Shown: positions 33,751 through 43,463 of the stretch, in pieces
Layout: the number at the start of each line of letters is the position of its first letter
Position numbering within the stretch: the first letter of the stretch is position 1
Virus record (IMG/VR): IMGVR_UViG_3300021964_000099
Span: 1 to 52,274 of that record
Length of the DNA stretch: 52,274 nucleotides
Direction: 5' to 3' (one strand)
From: a virus
Lineage: Duplodnaviria > Caudoviricetes
The notes under the pieces: generated by a model
Database searches by the model: none
Told to the model about the DNA's origin: nothing
What the model saw: only the letters and a program-made list of their open reading frames with translations
Translations under genes and position numbers: made by a program

Positions 33751-35187
33751 ATGGATTATAAGTTTAAGACAGAGCCATACGCTCATCAATTACACGCGTT
33801 AGGTGCAAGTTATAACAAACAAAACTTTGCTTTGTTCATGGAGATGGGCACAGGTAAATCTAAAGTATTGGTTGATAATATTGCTATGCTTTATGATAAA
33901 GGTAAAATAAATGCGGCGCTAATCATTGCACCAAAAGGTGTGTATAGAAACTGGGAGCGTCAAGAAATACCTACGCATATGCCAGAGCATGTGTTGTACA
34001 ATGTGGTGACATGGTCGCCTGCTACAACAAAGAAACAAGATAAAGAAAACAGGAAACTATTTCGACACGGTGAAGAACTCACTATATTCTTGATGAATAT
34101 AGAAGCGTTCAGTACAAAAAAAGGTTTAGATATAGCTCAACGATTTTTATTAGCACATCAAACACTGATGGCAATTGATGAATCAACGACGATAAAATCT
34201 CCCACAGCATCACGAACCAAAAATGTATTGAAATTACGCGATCACGCAAAGTATAGGCGGATATTGACAGGGTCGCCAGTAACGAAAAGTCCATTAGATT
34301 TGTATACACAGTGCTATTTCCTCGATCCATTATATTTAGATTTCTCGTCTTATTATACTTTTAAGAACCGTTACGCAATGATGGTGGACCGCAACGTCGG
34401 TAGTCATAGCTTTAAATTAGTGACAGGATATATACGACTAGATGAGTTGAATTCTAAGCTAGATAGCTTCTCATACCGGGTACTCAAAGAAGATTGTTTG
34501 GATTTACCAGATAAGGTGTACATGAAAAGAAGTGTTCCGTTGTCCCCGGAGCAAGTAAAAGCATACACGGAAATGAAAAAGCATGCGTTGACAGAGCTAG
34601 AAGGCTCACAAACTACAGCGGCTAGTGCCTTGGCACAGATGATTAGACTACATCAAATTACATGTGGACATTTAGCTACCGATGATGGTGAGGTCAGAAC
34701 ATTAAAGAATAATAGAATAAGCGAACTACTCAACATATTGGAGGAAGTAGATGGAAAGGTTATTATTTGGGCGGTATACCGTCATGATATTAAAGAAATT
34801 ACAAACATACTTTCAGAGAAATATGGAAAGGACAGTGTGGCGGCTTTTTTTGGTGATACTGCTGATAGCGATCGTCAAGATATTGTTACTCGCTTCCAAG
34901 ACAGAGAAAGCCCTTTACGATTTTTCATCGGTAATCCTAGAACCGGAGGGTATGGTCTCACTCTTACTGCTAGTAACACTGTTGTGTATTACAGTAACAG
35001 CTACGATTTAGAAATTAGATTGCAGTCAGAGGACAGAGCACACCGTATTAGTCAAACAAAAAAGGTAACGTATATTGATTTGATATCGGATGGCACCATA
35101 GATGAGTTCATTGTGAAGAATTTGCGTGGTAAAATCAACTTAGCAACAAAAGTACTAGGTGAAGAACTCAAAAAATGGCTAATTTAA
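33751..35187 (+). CDS. SNF2-family SF2 helicase
   Basis: MEMGTGKS, IDES, LTGSP, GGYGLTL, QSEDRAHR. Confidence 0.9.
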   Translation: MDYKFKTEPYAHQLHALGASYNKQNFALFMEMGTGKSKVLVDNIAMLYDKGKINAALIIAPKGVYRNWERQEIPTHMPEHVLYNVVTWSPATTKKQDKENRKLFRHGEELTIFLMNIEAFSTKKGLDIAQRFLLAHQTLMAIDESTTIKSPTASRTKNVLKLRDHAKYRRILTGSPVTKSPLDLYTQCYFLDPLYLDFSSYYTFKNRYAMMVDRNVGSHSFKLVTGYIRLDELNSKLDSFSYRVLKEDCLDLPDKVYMKRSVPLSPEQVKAYTEMKKHALTELEGSQTTAASALAQMIRLHQITCGHLATDDGEVRTLKNNRISELLNILEEVDGKVIIWAVYRHDIKEITNILSEKYGKDSVAAFFGDTADSDRQDIVTRFQDRESPLRFFIGNPRTGGYGLTLTASNTVVYYSNSYDLEIRLQSEDRAHRISQTKKVTYIDLISDGTIDEFIVKNLRGKINLATKVLGEELKKWLI

Positions 35188-35295
35188 TATAAACCCTGTT
35201 TTTTTACACGTTGGTAAAGAAAAGTAATTCTTAGGTACTATCACCCTAGGAGGTGCTAATTCGTGCAGTGTCGCTTAAATTTGAGATGAAAATTT

Positions 35296-36165
35296 TTATA
35301 GAGGTCGTATTAAATGGCTGATTCCTACGATTCCTCCATCTTTTTTACCCATGGGTTTAGTTATAGCGTCTAGTGTTCTTTTATTTTGTTTTGATACAGG
35401 AATTACATTTAATTTATATGATTTAGGTATATCATTAATTAATTGAACTAAATTTTTTTCTTTACCAAAACTTTCTATTTTTCCTTTTGGGCTAACTGAC
35501 ACAACCACTAAACCTAGTTTTCTTAAATCTCTTGAAACTAAATTTATTTGATTATCAATTGCATTTTTTTGTTCTAAAAATTTACCTTTAGACATTTCTT
35601 TATTTTTAAATTTAGCAACTAAAGAATTTTTTGATGCTATGGCATTATCTATAATAGTTTGATAATTTCTTTTCATAGCGTTTCTACCACCTGTGGTAAT
35701 GTATTGAGCATCTTTATAATAACTTGGAATAGGAAGTTTAGCATCCATAGATACTTTACTCAAACCATGTTCTCTTTCTAAACTTGTTGAATATCTATCT
35801 TTTCCTGTTACATCTTTTTTAGTGGTTGTTGGTTTTCCTAAAGCTGCAAGAAATTTTGTTCTAATTGTAGATCCTGCTTGTCCTATTGGAGTATCTAAAA
35901 ATCTACTAAATAAAGTAGGCGTATTATAAATTGTTTGAACTTTACCTTCTTTAGTCTGACCTTTATATTCTCTTTCTTTTGGTTTATTTACTTTCGTCTT
36001 TCCTCCACCCGGCAGGTTTATTTCTATAGGTAGTTTTTCTGCTAATCTTTCATTAGGGTCTAAAGTTAATCCCATATTAAATATGCTTTCTCTATCGGCA
36101 GGAGAAAGTTTTAATAAAAAAGAACCGGGATCGGTAGCTAGTATTCCTCTAACTTCTTTTGACAT
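35296..36165 (-). CDS. Basic hypothetical protein with C-terminal KDGG motif
   Basis: 289 aa; ends GKKDGGIVGISHLIRPL; last gene of the virion operon. Confidence 0.7.
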   Translation of the reverse strand: MSKEVRGILATDPGSFLLKLSPADRESIFNMGLTLDPNERLAEKLPIEINLPGGGKTKVNKPKEREYKGQTKEGKVQTIYNTPTLFSRFLDTPIGQAGSTIRTKFLAALGKPTTTKKDVTGKDRYSTSLEREHGLSKVSMDAKLPIPSYYKDAQYITTGGRNAMKRNYQTIIDNAIASKNSLVAKFKNKEMSKGKFLEQKNAIDNQINLVSRDLRKLGLVVVSVSPKGKIESFGKEKNLVQLINDIPKSYKLNVIPVSKQNKRTLDAITKPMGKKDGGIVGISHLIRPL

Positions 36166-36239
36166 AATCTATAAATACGTTATCGCGCCTGCTACCCAAA
36201 GGGCACCAAATATCATGTACGCTATTGTTACTGGTTCCA

Positions 36240-36785
36240 CTACATCGCTCCTAAAGGATTTTCTAATGCTAGTTTAATTCTTTTATCCATCTTTTCTTCT
36301 AGTTCTTTTTGTGCTTGCTTGAGTCTATCTTCTAATTTTTTCATGTCATCTTCTAAAGAATTAATTGTTTCTTTTAGATCTCTTGCATTATCTCTAGAGT
36401 CTTCTTTTGTTTGTTGTTCTACATCATTGACAATTGTTTCTATACGTCTTACGTCTTGACGAAGATCATTCTTCAACTCGTTTGCCACATCAGACACCAA
36501 AGAAATTTCCTGTAACATCATGGTCATTTCTTGTGTAATCATCTCAACTTCATTTTGAATTAACTCTGTTTTACTTGTTAGCTCTTCTTTAGTAAGATCT
36601 AATCTCTTATCAAATCCAGATAAGTCCGGCGCGACGTATTCCTGTATTTGATCTTTCATGTTGAGATAGTCTTTGTAAAATTCAAAGCCACCCCATAAAG
36701 CACCACCTGCTGTAGTTAGCGCTGTTAAAATTACAAATATTTTACCACCGCGAAATTTTATTCCGCCTACTTCTACTTCTGCCAT
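36240..36785 (-). CDS. Membrane-anchored coiled-coil protein
   Basis: N-terminal TM segment followed by a long coiled coil; ends LENPLG. Confidence 0.7.
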   Translation of the reverse strand: MAEVEVGGIKFRGGKIFVILTALTTAGGALWGGFEFYKDYLNMKDQIQEYVAPDLSGFDKRLDLTKEELTSKTELIQNEVEMITQEMTMMLQEISLVSDVANELKNDLRQDVRRIETIVNDVEQQTKEDSRDNARDLKETINSLEDDMKKLEDRLKQAQKELEEKMDKRIKLALENPLGAM

Positions 36786-38506
36786 TGTTGCATCACCATT
36801 TCGTTCATTAGCCCGTCACTTCCTGCGAACAAGAAATATCCAGCTATATTGTTATCAGATATAACTGTGTCTGGCAAACTCTCATCTGTAAAGAAGCCCG
36901 CCCTATCATTCAGTTGTTGTTGTGAGTCAAAAAAGGTCTTGGTATTACCCAACACTTGCATCACAATAAGTGTTTTTAATTGATTTTGAGAGTCATATCT
37001 ACCTTTATCTCCCATCTTTTTCACTATTTTTTTAGCTGCTTTTTCTTTTTTAGACTCTGGTTTCTTTACAGGTTTCTCTTCGGCTTCACCCTTATCCTCT
37101 GTTTCTTCCATATCTTCTGGTTGATCCTCATCTGCATCAGCCTCTGGTGAGCCTTTCTCCGGTTCTGGCTCTTTGTCCATATCTTCTTTAGGTTCGTCAG
37201 CAGGCTCATCAGCAGGTTCTGGCTCAGCTTCGGTTTCTGTTTCATTTACTGGTTCCTCCATTTCTGGTTCGGGTTCCGTGGTTGATTCTGGTTCTACCTC
37301 TATCTCTGGTTCCATTTCTGGTTCAGACATGTCCATTTCTGGTTCTGGCATCTCTGTATCCATATCCATTTCTATCTCTGGCATTTCCATATCGGGTTCT
37401 GGTAACTCCATATCGAAGTCCATTTCCATCTCCATCTCCATTTCAACACTTGCCATCTCCATTTCTGGCATATCAATCTCCATTTCTGGCATATCCATTT
37501 CAAAGTCCATCTCGAAGTCCATTTCAAAATCCATCTCTATCTCAACAGTTTCGTATGATACATCCATATCTGATTCTTCAAACTCTGGTTCAAAATACAT
37601 ATCACCGTCTGGTGCTTCTATAATATCATTGTGTTCAAATATATTCTCAACAATATCTATAACCTCTGTCTCCGTACTACCACCGTAGGCTACCCACATC
37701 TCTACACTGGTGATAGATTGCTGTACGATTGTATTGATTGTGTTGTATAATACGTTTACCGTCACATCATCAAAGAGTGGTCCGATAGCCAAGTTTATAT
37801 CACGGCCACCAATTTCAATAATAAGTGTTGTAATTTTACCACTAAAATCAAAACCACCAGCATACTCTTGAAAACCACTAGCTACACCAGATTCTGATAG
37901 TATGTCTGTACCGCTAAAGACAGATGTATTACCATTCTTACCGGTAATGTGCATGTAGATACGATCCTCCGCATCTTGTTTGTCTACCTTAATTGTATAG
38001 TTAGTTTTACCGCCGTACTCTATATCAAGATCCGATATGTCCACGGTGTTAATAAAGGTTGTACCCATACCGTCAACACCCATGGTGGAGGTAATACTAC
38101 CACTACCTGTTATAGAAGCACATTTGTCCGTGCCTAACTGTCCACATCCTGTGCCAGATGGCATACTAGCAGGGCCTTGACCGCCCCAATCCGAATCCAT
38201 GTCACCTTCTTGACTTGAGCCAACATAGCCATTGTCGCCGTCAAGAATATCACCACTGTCTTCATTAGTGACAGTCGTTGTCGTTGTTGTCGTTTCAGTC
38301 GTTGTTATTACCGTATAGCCATCAGCTTCATACTCAATGGTTTCTGTAATGGTTTCGTCTATGATATCTTCAATAGTAGGAGTACATAGTCCAACTGTAT
38401 CTGTAGAACAGTCTACCGCTTGACTAGAAAATGAAAGGAATACCGAGAACAGTAACGCCGGTATACATAGCCATAGCCGCAATAACAAACTTTGTAAATT
38501 GATCAT
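36773..38506 (-). CDS. Secreted, highly acidic protein with Met/Glu/Pro low-complexity stalk
   Basis: Signal peptide ending SQA; Cys pairs; EMDF/EMEI/PEPE repeats. Confidence 0.7.
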   Translation of the reverse strand: MINLQSLLLRLWLCIPALLFSVFLSFSSQAVDCSTDTVGLCTPTIEDIIDETITETIEYEADGYTVITTTETTTTTTTVTNEDSGDILDGDNGYVGSSQEGDMDSDWGGQGPASMPSGTGCGQLGTDKCASITGSGSITSTMGVDGMGTTFINTVDISDLDIEYGGKTNYTIKVDKQDAEDRIYMHITGKNGNTSVFSGTDILSESGVASGFQEYAGGFDFSGKITTLIIEIGGRDINLAIGPLFDDVTVNVLYNTINTIVQQSITSVEMWVAYGGSTETEVIDIVENIFEHNDIIEAPDGDMYFEPEFEESDMDVSYETVEIEMDFEMDFEMDFEMDMPEMEIDMPEMEMASVEMEMEMEMDFDMELPEPDMEMPEIEMDMDTEMPEPEMDMSEPEMEPEIEVEPESTTEPEPEMEEPVNETETEAEPEPADEPADEPKEDMDKEPEPEKGSPEADADEDQPEDMEETEDKGEAEEKPVKKPESKKEKAAKKIVKKMGDKGRYDSQNQLKTLIVMQVLGNTKTFFDSQQQLNDRAGFFTDESLPDTVISDNNIAGYFLFAGSDGLMNEMVMQQWQK

Positions 38507-38978
38507 TATTTATTTCCTTTACATCTTCTTGTGTTAACTCTATCTTACCAAATACTCTGCTTCCTTTTGGCACGAGGTCCGGGTTTTGTTCCCAACCTTC
38601 CCTTGCTTCTTCACCGATAGCTCCCATATATGGACAGTACGTCCCTGCCATCCACATACTATCAAAAATACGGTAATCAGCACATAATGTTGATACCGCG
38701 GCAACTTTCATGCCCATCGAATATAATGACCGTGACAATTTTATCCTTTCACAGTTTTCATCCGTGATGGTTACACCGGTCGCCAAACCTAATATTTGTG
38801 TCTGCACGGCAGTTGACGCCGCTGTTTTACAGATGTCTGAATTGTTGACCACGACACTTGGTGCATTGGCTGTAGGTGGTGTATTATTGGTCACTACCGT
38901 ACTAGATACCGTGTTAGTATCTGCGCCGTAAGCCGCTGTAGTAACAAACAGTAAACATATTATTAATAATATTCGCAC
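38424..38978 (-). CDS. Secreted/membrane-anchored Cys-containing protein
   Basis: Signal peptide, DENCERIKL.R.L...GMKVAAV..LC.D...AGT.CP, C-terminal TM. Confidence 0.7.
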   Translation of the reverse strand: MRILLIICLLFVTTAAYGADTNTVSSTVVTNNTPPTANAPSVVVNNSDICKTAASTAVQTQILGLATGVTITDENCERIKLSRSLYSMGMKVAAVSTLCADYRIFDSMWMAGTYCPYMGAIGEEAREGWEQNPDLVPKGSRVFGKIELTQEDVKEINNDQFTKFVIAAMAMYTGVTVLGIPFIF

Positions 38979-39181
38979 TATTTAAGACCACTCATAATCT
39001 TCATAATTGTCCATATAGAGCCAATAACGGCGCCTACCAATAATAAAACTTTTATTCCTCCAAGTCCCATGTTCGTGTGTTTGTTTAAATCGCGCACTTG
39101 CTTTTGCATAATACCTATATCTTCACGAATGTATTTTATATCCGTCTTTAATTCAGCTATTTCTTTTTCCCACTCAGCCAT
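38978..39181 (-). CDS. Small coiled-coil + TM protein (XhlA/holin-like architecture)
   Basis: 67 aa. Confidence 0.55.
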   Translation of the reverse strand: MAEWEKEIAELKTDIKYIREDIGIMQKQVRDLNKHTNMGLGGIKVLLLVGAVIGSIWTIMKIMSGLK

Positions 39182-40464
39182 TATGCTCTCGGAAACAATC
39201 CTAAGTTTCTGTAATACTGCATAAGACTAGGACTCATAACACCTTGTTGTGTATATTGAGGTAAACTTGCATAGAATTGTGCAAGATTAAAAGGATCTCT
39301 TTGTGACATAACTGGATTTAAAATAGGGTTTTCTGGTGGTATTGGTCCGGGTCTAGGAGTAACGACACCTCCAGAATCTGGTATACCAGCAACAGGTGGA
39401 GCTGATGATGCTGTCATGATACCCGATGCACGGTCCTGTGATTCTTTGCTTCTAGCCGCCAATTCTCTAGCTTCCATTATTTGTGCCGCAAAACGTCTAT
39501 CCTCTGGTGAATTTCCTGTTGGCATAGCAACGTTAGCAAGGTCTCTCATTTGTTCACTTGTTTGTGCTGGTCTAAGTTTGTAAAAAGTTTTTGGATCTGT
39601 AAGTTTTAAATAAGCTAATCCCTCTGATCCTAAATTATCGGTTATGTTTTCTAGTGTAGTTATACCCTCTGGTATATCTCTTTGCCCTGTTAAATCACCA
39701 TACATCGTTCCTACAGTTTCACCGAAACTCATATTGTTCATTCTGTCAATGTAATCACTAATATTATCCTCTTCGTCGTCTACTCTTTCATCTATTTTTC
39801 CATACTCTTCATTATAGTTCTTAAATATGTTAGATAATTCATCATTTGATAGTTCGTTCTTTTTTGCATATTCAATAATTACATCAGCCGGATAAGTATT
39901 CTTTGTTAACGTAACAAGTGCAACTTTGTCGCTAGAATCTAATTCTGAACCTTCCAGTAATTTTTTAAATAAAACGCTGTTTGCATTCATTCCTTCCAAC
40001 GCTGATGCTCCAAAAGTAGCAATTCCGGGTAAAGAAGGAAATTGTAAATTATTAAAATCAATACCAAATATTCCTGTTTTTTTAGATGGTTTACCTTTTA
40101 ATATATTTGAAACAATTTTTTGTCTTATTGGATCTCCTGCTGTTTCCTTGACTACCCCCGAGAGGTTGTCTAGGTCCAAACCAAAATCAAATAAAGTATC
40201 TTCATAAGGAGTACGAACAACCGGATCTCTTTCTTCTAAATAATTTTTTTGAATTTCTCTAGCTTTCTCCCCTACATTAAATCCACGTTCATCATCATCT
40301 GTAACTAATGTTCTTCCGCTTACACCTCTAATACCAGCTTTCTTCATACTGTCAGCCATTTCTTTGTATTGATTTTGTTGACTTGGTGAAGGTCTAGACG
40401 TATCACTAGGATTACTAGGATTATATGTGTATGCGTTACTTCCGCTTCCAATTACAACAACCAT
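39181..40464 (-). CDS. Putative internal virion protein
   Basis: 427 aa, coupled to ejection-type genes. Confidence 0.55.
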   Translation of the reverse strand: MVVVIGSGSNAYTYNPSNPSDTSRPSPSQQNQYKEMADSMKKAGIRGVSGRTLVTDDDERGFNVGEKAREIQKNYLEERDPVVRTPYEDTLFDFGLDLDNLSGVVKETAGDPIRQKIVSNILKGKPSKKTGIFGIDFNNLQFPSLPGIATFGASALEGMNANSVLFKKLLEGSELDSSDKVALVTLTKNTYPADVIIEYAKKNELSNDELSNIFKNYNEEYGKIDERVDDEEDNISDYIDRMNNMSFGETVGTMYGDLTGQRDIPEGITTLENITDNLGSEGLAYLKLTDPKTFYKLRPAQTSEQMRDLANVAMPTGNSPEDRRFAAQIMEARELAARSKESQDRASGIMTASSAPPVAGIPDSGGVVTPRPGPIPPENPILNPVMSQRDPFNLAQFYASLPQYTQQGVMSPSLMQYYRNLGLFPRA

Positions 40465-43463
40465 TATGCTACCCTCTGTATTGGTTTACGTGCGTTCATG
40501 ATACCACCCTCTGCGGCAAATGTTATTTCACCCGGTCCACCAAATAGTTGTTGGCCTCTTGCCATGGTGTTCGGGTTCATTGGTCCGGGGTCCGTGATCG
40601 GTGTTGCTATATTAGCCGCTGATAAACGTGAAGCAGAGTTAACCGGAGACGGATTAAAATTAGCCATTGGTATTTCTTTCACTGCATCATCAACATTTGT
40701 TATTGGTGCTCTTGTAACACTAGTTCCTCCTGTCACTGGTCCTGCTAAATCATCTGCATTTAATTCAAATAATATACCTTGATCATTAACAGCATTACCA
40801 TCTGTTACTTGACCTAATACATCTTTTTCTAATTCAGCAAGTGCTCCGTTTATAATTCTTAAATTGTTTGGACTAACAACATTGTTAGCATCTAAGTCAG
40901 ATAGTAAAGAGCTTGTTGCTTTTTTCGATAATAATCTTGATACGAGATCATATTTTAATAAGCTAAATGCTAATTTTGTTACATTAAATTTATCAACAAA
41001 CTCAGCAACTTCAGCTCCTGCCGCTATCATACCACCAACATCGTTACCACCTGCTACAGCCGTAGTATACAAATTAAAGTTTTGTAAATCTTCTATTTGT
41101 TTTTCATCAAAAAACTTCATCAAGTATGGGTTTTGTTGTAGCTGTCTAATTTCGTTTCGTAAAATTTTAGGGTCAATTGTATCACTAAAAGCATTCTTAC
41201 CGGCTTTATCAACAATTGTTTGCGCTTTTTGCAACATGCCATTTATAACATGATAACGAACAACATCCGCACCGTTTGAATCAACACCACCTAAATCAGA
41301 TATGATTTCATCAAACTCTTTTTCTAATCCTATTTTACCTTTACCTTGTGATTTATTAATTAGGTTATCAGCAAATTCTTTTGAGTTACCTCTTTGTGCT
41401 TGTGTAACAATACCATCGGCTAATTTGTTTTGTTTGTAAATAATTTCTCTCATCTGTTTAGTAACAGCTTCAAAGTTATCACCTAATAATACTTTTAGTG
41501 ATTCTTTATCATTAACTAAAAAGTCATCTAATATTTCTACACCATTTTTATTTTTTAATGTGTTGGTAATCCATGCATTTTTAAATACATTAAATGCTTG
41601 CTCTGCACCTTCTTTTTGTGCACCCTCTGTTCCTTCTGTTAACATATTTTTAAGAGCAGATACTTTTATTGTATTACCTGCTTTCATAAATTGAGAAACA
41701 AACTTATCTGGATCTCCGCCCTTTGTAAGAGCATCTTTAATAAAAGCAAGAGATCTAACAGACTCTTCGCCTGCTGAATGATTATCTAATATATTTAACC
41801 AATGTCTAAATTCATTTGGTCCAGATACTAAAGAATTACTATCACCTTTTAATATTTTAACTAGCTGCTCATGTAAATCTGTTGCAACAGCATTAACTCC
41901 TTCATCTGGATGCATAGTTAATTTATGCAAATCAGCTCTCATCTTAATTAAAGTTTTTAAACTATCTAAATTACCATCTTTAATACTTGATATGGTATTA
42001 TCTAAATCTTTTATCGTATTAAATATACCGTTTAGTTCTTCTGGAACTTCTCCATATGTTTTTTTTGGAACTTTAAGAGGCATAGCATCACCATACTCTC
42101 CACCAATCATCTTGTCTTTGGGCTGGTATTTTTCAGTAAAATCTTGCATCTTACTAGAAAAATTATTTTTAAATCCAGTTAAATTTATACTAACATCTTC
42201 TCCACTATCTTTAAATGCTTGCACAGCTTTATTAGTGTATGTTTTAGTAGTATCTAAGGTTACTTTATTCCAATTTTTAATGGCTGTTTGAAGAGATGTG
42301 TTGGCTTCATCTAAACTAGAAAATACACCGCCGCTTACTAATTTACTATCATTAGCTATATTTAAAGCTAACTGATCATTTAATAATTTAAGCTTACCAA
42401 GATCTAATTGATTATCTCCTTTACCTATACCAAACTTTTGTAAAGCGTCTTGCAAAGATTTTACTTGAGCTTCTTGTATTAAATCTGGTCTTTGTACAAA
42501 TAATCCTGCTTGAAAATATATTCTTCTTACAATTGGATTGGCCGCAAGTTGAGCAAATACCAAAGGTTCTAAATCAAGAGATTCCGCCGCTCTAATAATA
42601 TCTTCTCCCATATCGGCCATACCGGGACGTTTGCCTTTTAATAAAAAGTTTGCAAATTCTGAGGTGCCTTTATATATACCACCGGCCAATAATGCATTAG
42701 CATAATCATCTAAACTTGTAAAAGTTTTAAATAAATCAACTTCTGCAAAATTATTAACATCATATTCATCTTCTCCGTATCCTAATAAAAACTCGTTAAG
42801 TTCTTTGCCTTTTAATCCAAGAAAGTTTGCAATAGCCACTCTTGCGGTAGGTGGTATGTAATCTAAAGCATATCCAGTTCCTTTTATTATAGGATGCTTT
42901 GATCGTTTTAATGCATTAGGAATATTTAAAGCTGCTATGTCTGTTGCAAAAGCTTCATCTAAAATAGTTCCTGCAACTCTACCTATTTCACCAAAATCAC
43001 GTCCATAGGGATTAGCTACTCTCCAACCTTCATCATCTTTATCATATTTAAATAACTCTAATTTATCTGTAGATCCTTGACCATAGTCCACATTTATTCT
43101 TTGATACTCACCTTTTGGATAATAATTTAAAAACTTTTTTTGTCTGTTTTTAAAATAATTAGAACGCGATAATTGAAAAGTTAATGCGACGTCTTTGTAA
43201 TTATTAAATCCAACGTTTTCAACTGGCTCTCCTATCATATCAGAAACAAAATCCATTTTGTTTGAAACAACTTCTTTTTTTGCTTTTTCTAATTTTTCAC
43301 CATACACAGAAGGTCCAAAAGGATTAAAAGCAGGTAGTTTACTTTCTTTGTCTTCTTTTAAAGATTCTTCTAATACTTCACTTGTGTCAACATTAAATTT
43401 TTTTTCAGATACTTTTGGAAAAATTCCTACAATATCTTCTTGACCTAAATCTAATTCTGCCAT
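40464..43463 (-). CDS. Large putative ejection (internal core) protein
   Basis: 999 aa, mostly helical; third of three ORFs of increasing size; ends FAAEGGIMNARKPIQRVA. Confidence 0.6.
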   Translation of the reverse strand: MAELDLGQEDIVGIFPKVSEKKFNVDTSEVLEESLKEDKESKLPAFNPFGPSVYGEKLEKAKKEVVSNKMDFVSDMIGEPVENVGFNNYKDVALTFQLSRSNYFKNRQKKFLNYYPKGEYQRINVDYGQGSTDKLELFKYDKDDEGWRVANPYGRDFGEIGRVAGTILDEAFATDIAALNIPNALKRSKHPIIKGTGYALDYIPPTARVAIANFLGLKGKELNEFLLGYGEDEYDVNNFAEVDLFKTFTSLDDYANALLAGGIYKGTSEFANFLLKGKRPGMADMGEDIIRAAESLDLEPLVFAQLAANPIVRRIYFQAGLFVQRPDLIQEAQVKSLQDALQKFGIGKGDNQLDLGKLKLLNDQLALNIANDSKLVSGGVFSSLDEANTSLQTAIKNWNKVTLDTTKTYTNKAVQAFKDSGEDVSINLTGFKNNFSSKMQDFTEKYQPKDKMIGGEYGDAMPLKVPKKTYGEVPEELNGIFNTIKDLDNTISSIKDGNLDSLKTLIKMRADLHKLTMHPDEGVNAVATDLHEQLVKILKGDSNSLVSGPNEFRHWLNILDNHSAGEESVRSLAFIKDALTKGGDPDKFVSQFMKAGNTIKVSALKNMLTEGTEGAQKEGAEQAFNVFKNAWITNTLKNKNGVEILDDFLVNDKESLKVLLGDNFEAVTKQMREIIYKQNKLADGIVTQAQRGNSKEFADNLINKSQGKGKIGLEKEFDEIISDLGGVDSNGADVVRYHVINGMLQKAQTIVDKAGKNAFSDTIDPKILRNEIRQLQQNPYLMKFFDEKQIEDLQNFNLYTTAVAGGNDVGGMIAAGAEVAEFVDKFNVTKLAFSLLKYDLVSRLLSKKATSSLLSDLDANNVVSPNNLRIINGALAELEKDVLGQVTDGNAVNDQGILFELNADDLAGPVTGGTSVTRAPITNVDDAVKEIPMANFNPSPVNSASRLSAANIATPITDPGPMNPNTMARGQQLFGGPGEITFAAEGGIMNARKPIQRVA

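Noticed and set aside
37173-37688. Plus-strand Ser/Ile-rich ORFs
   Set aside because: Antisense shadows of the Glu/Met repeat gene; the other antisense ORFs over core genes were rejected for the same reason.
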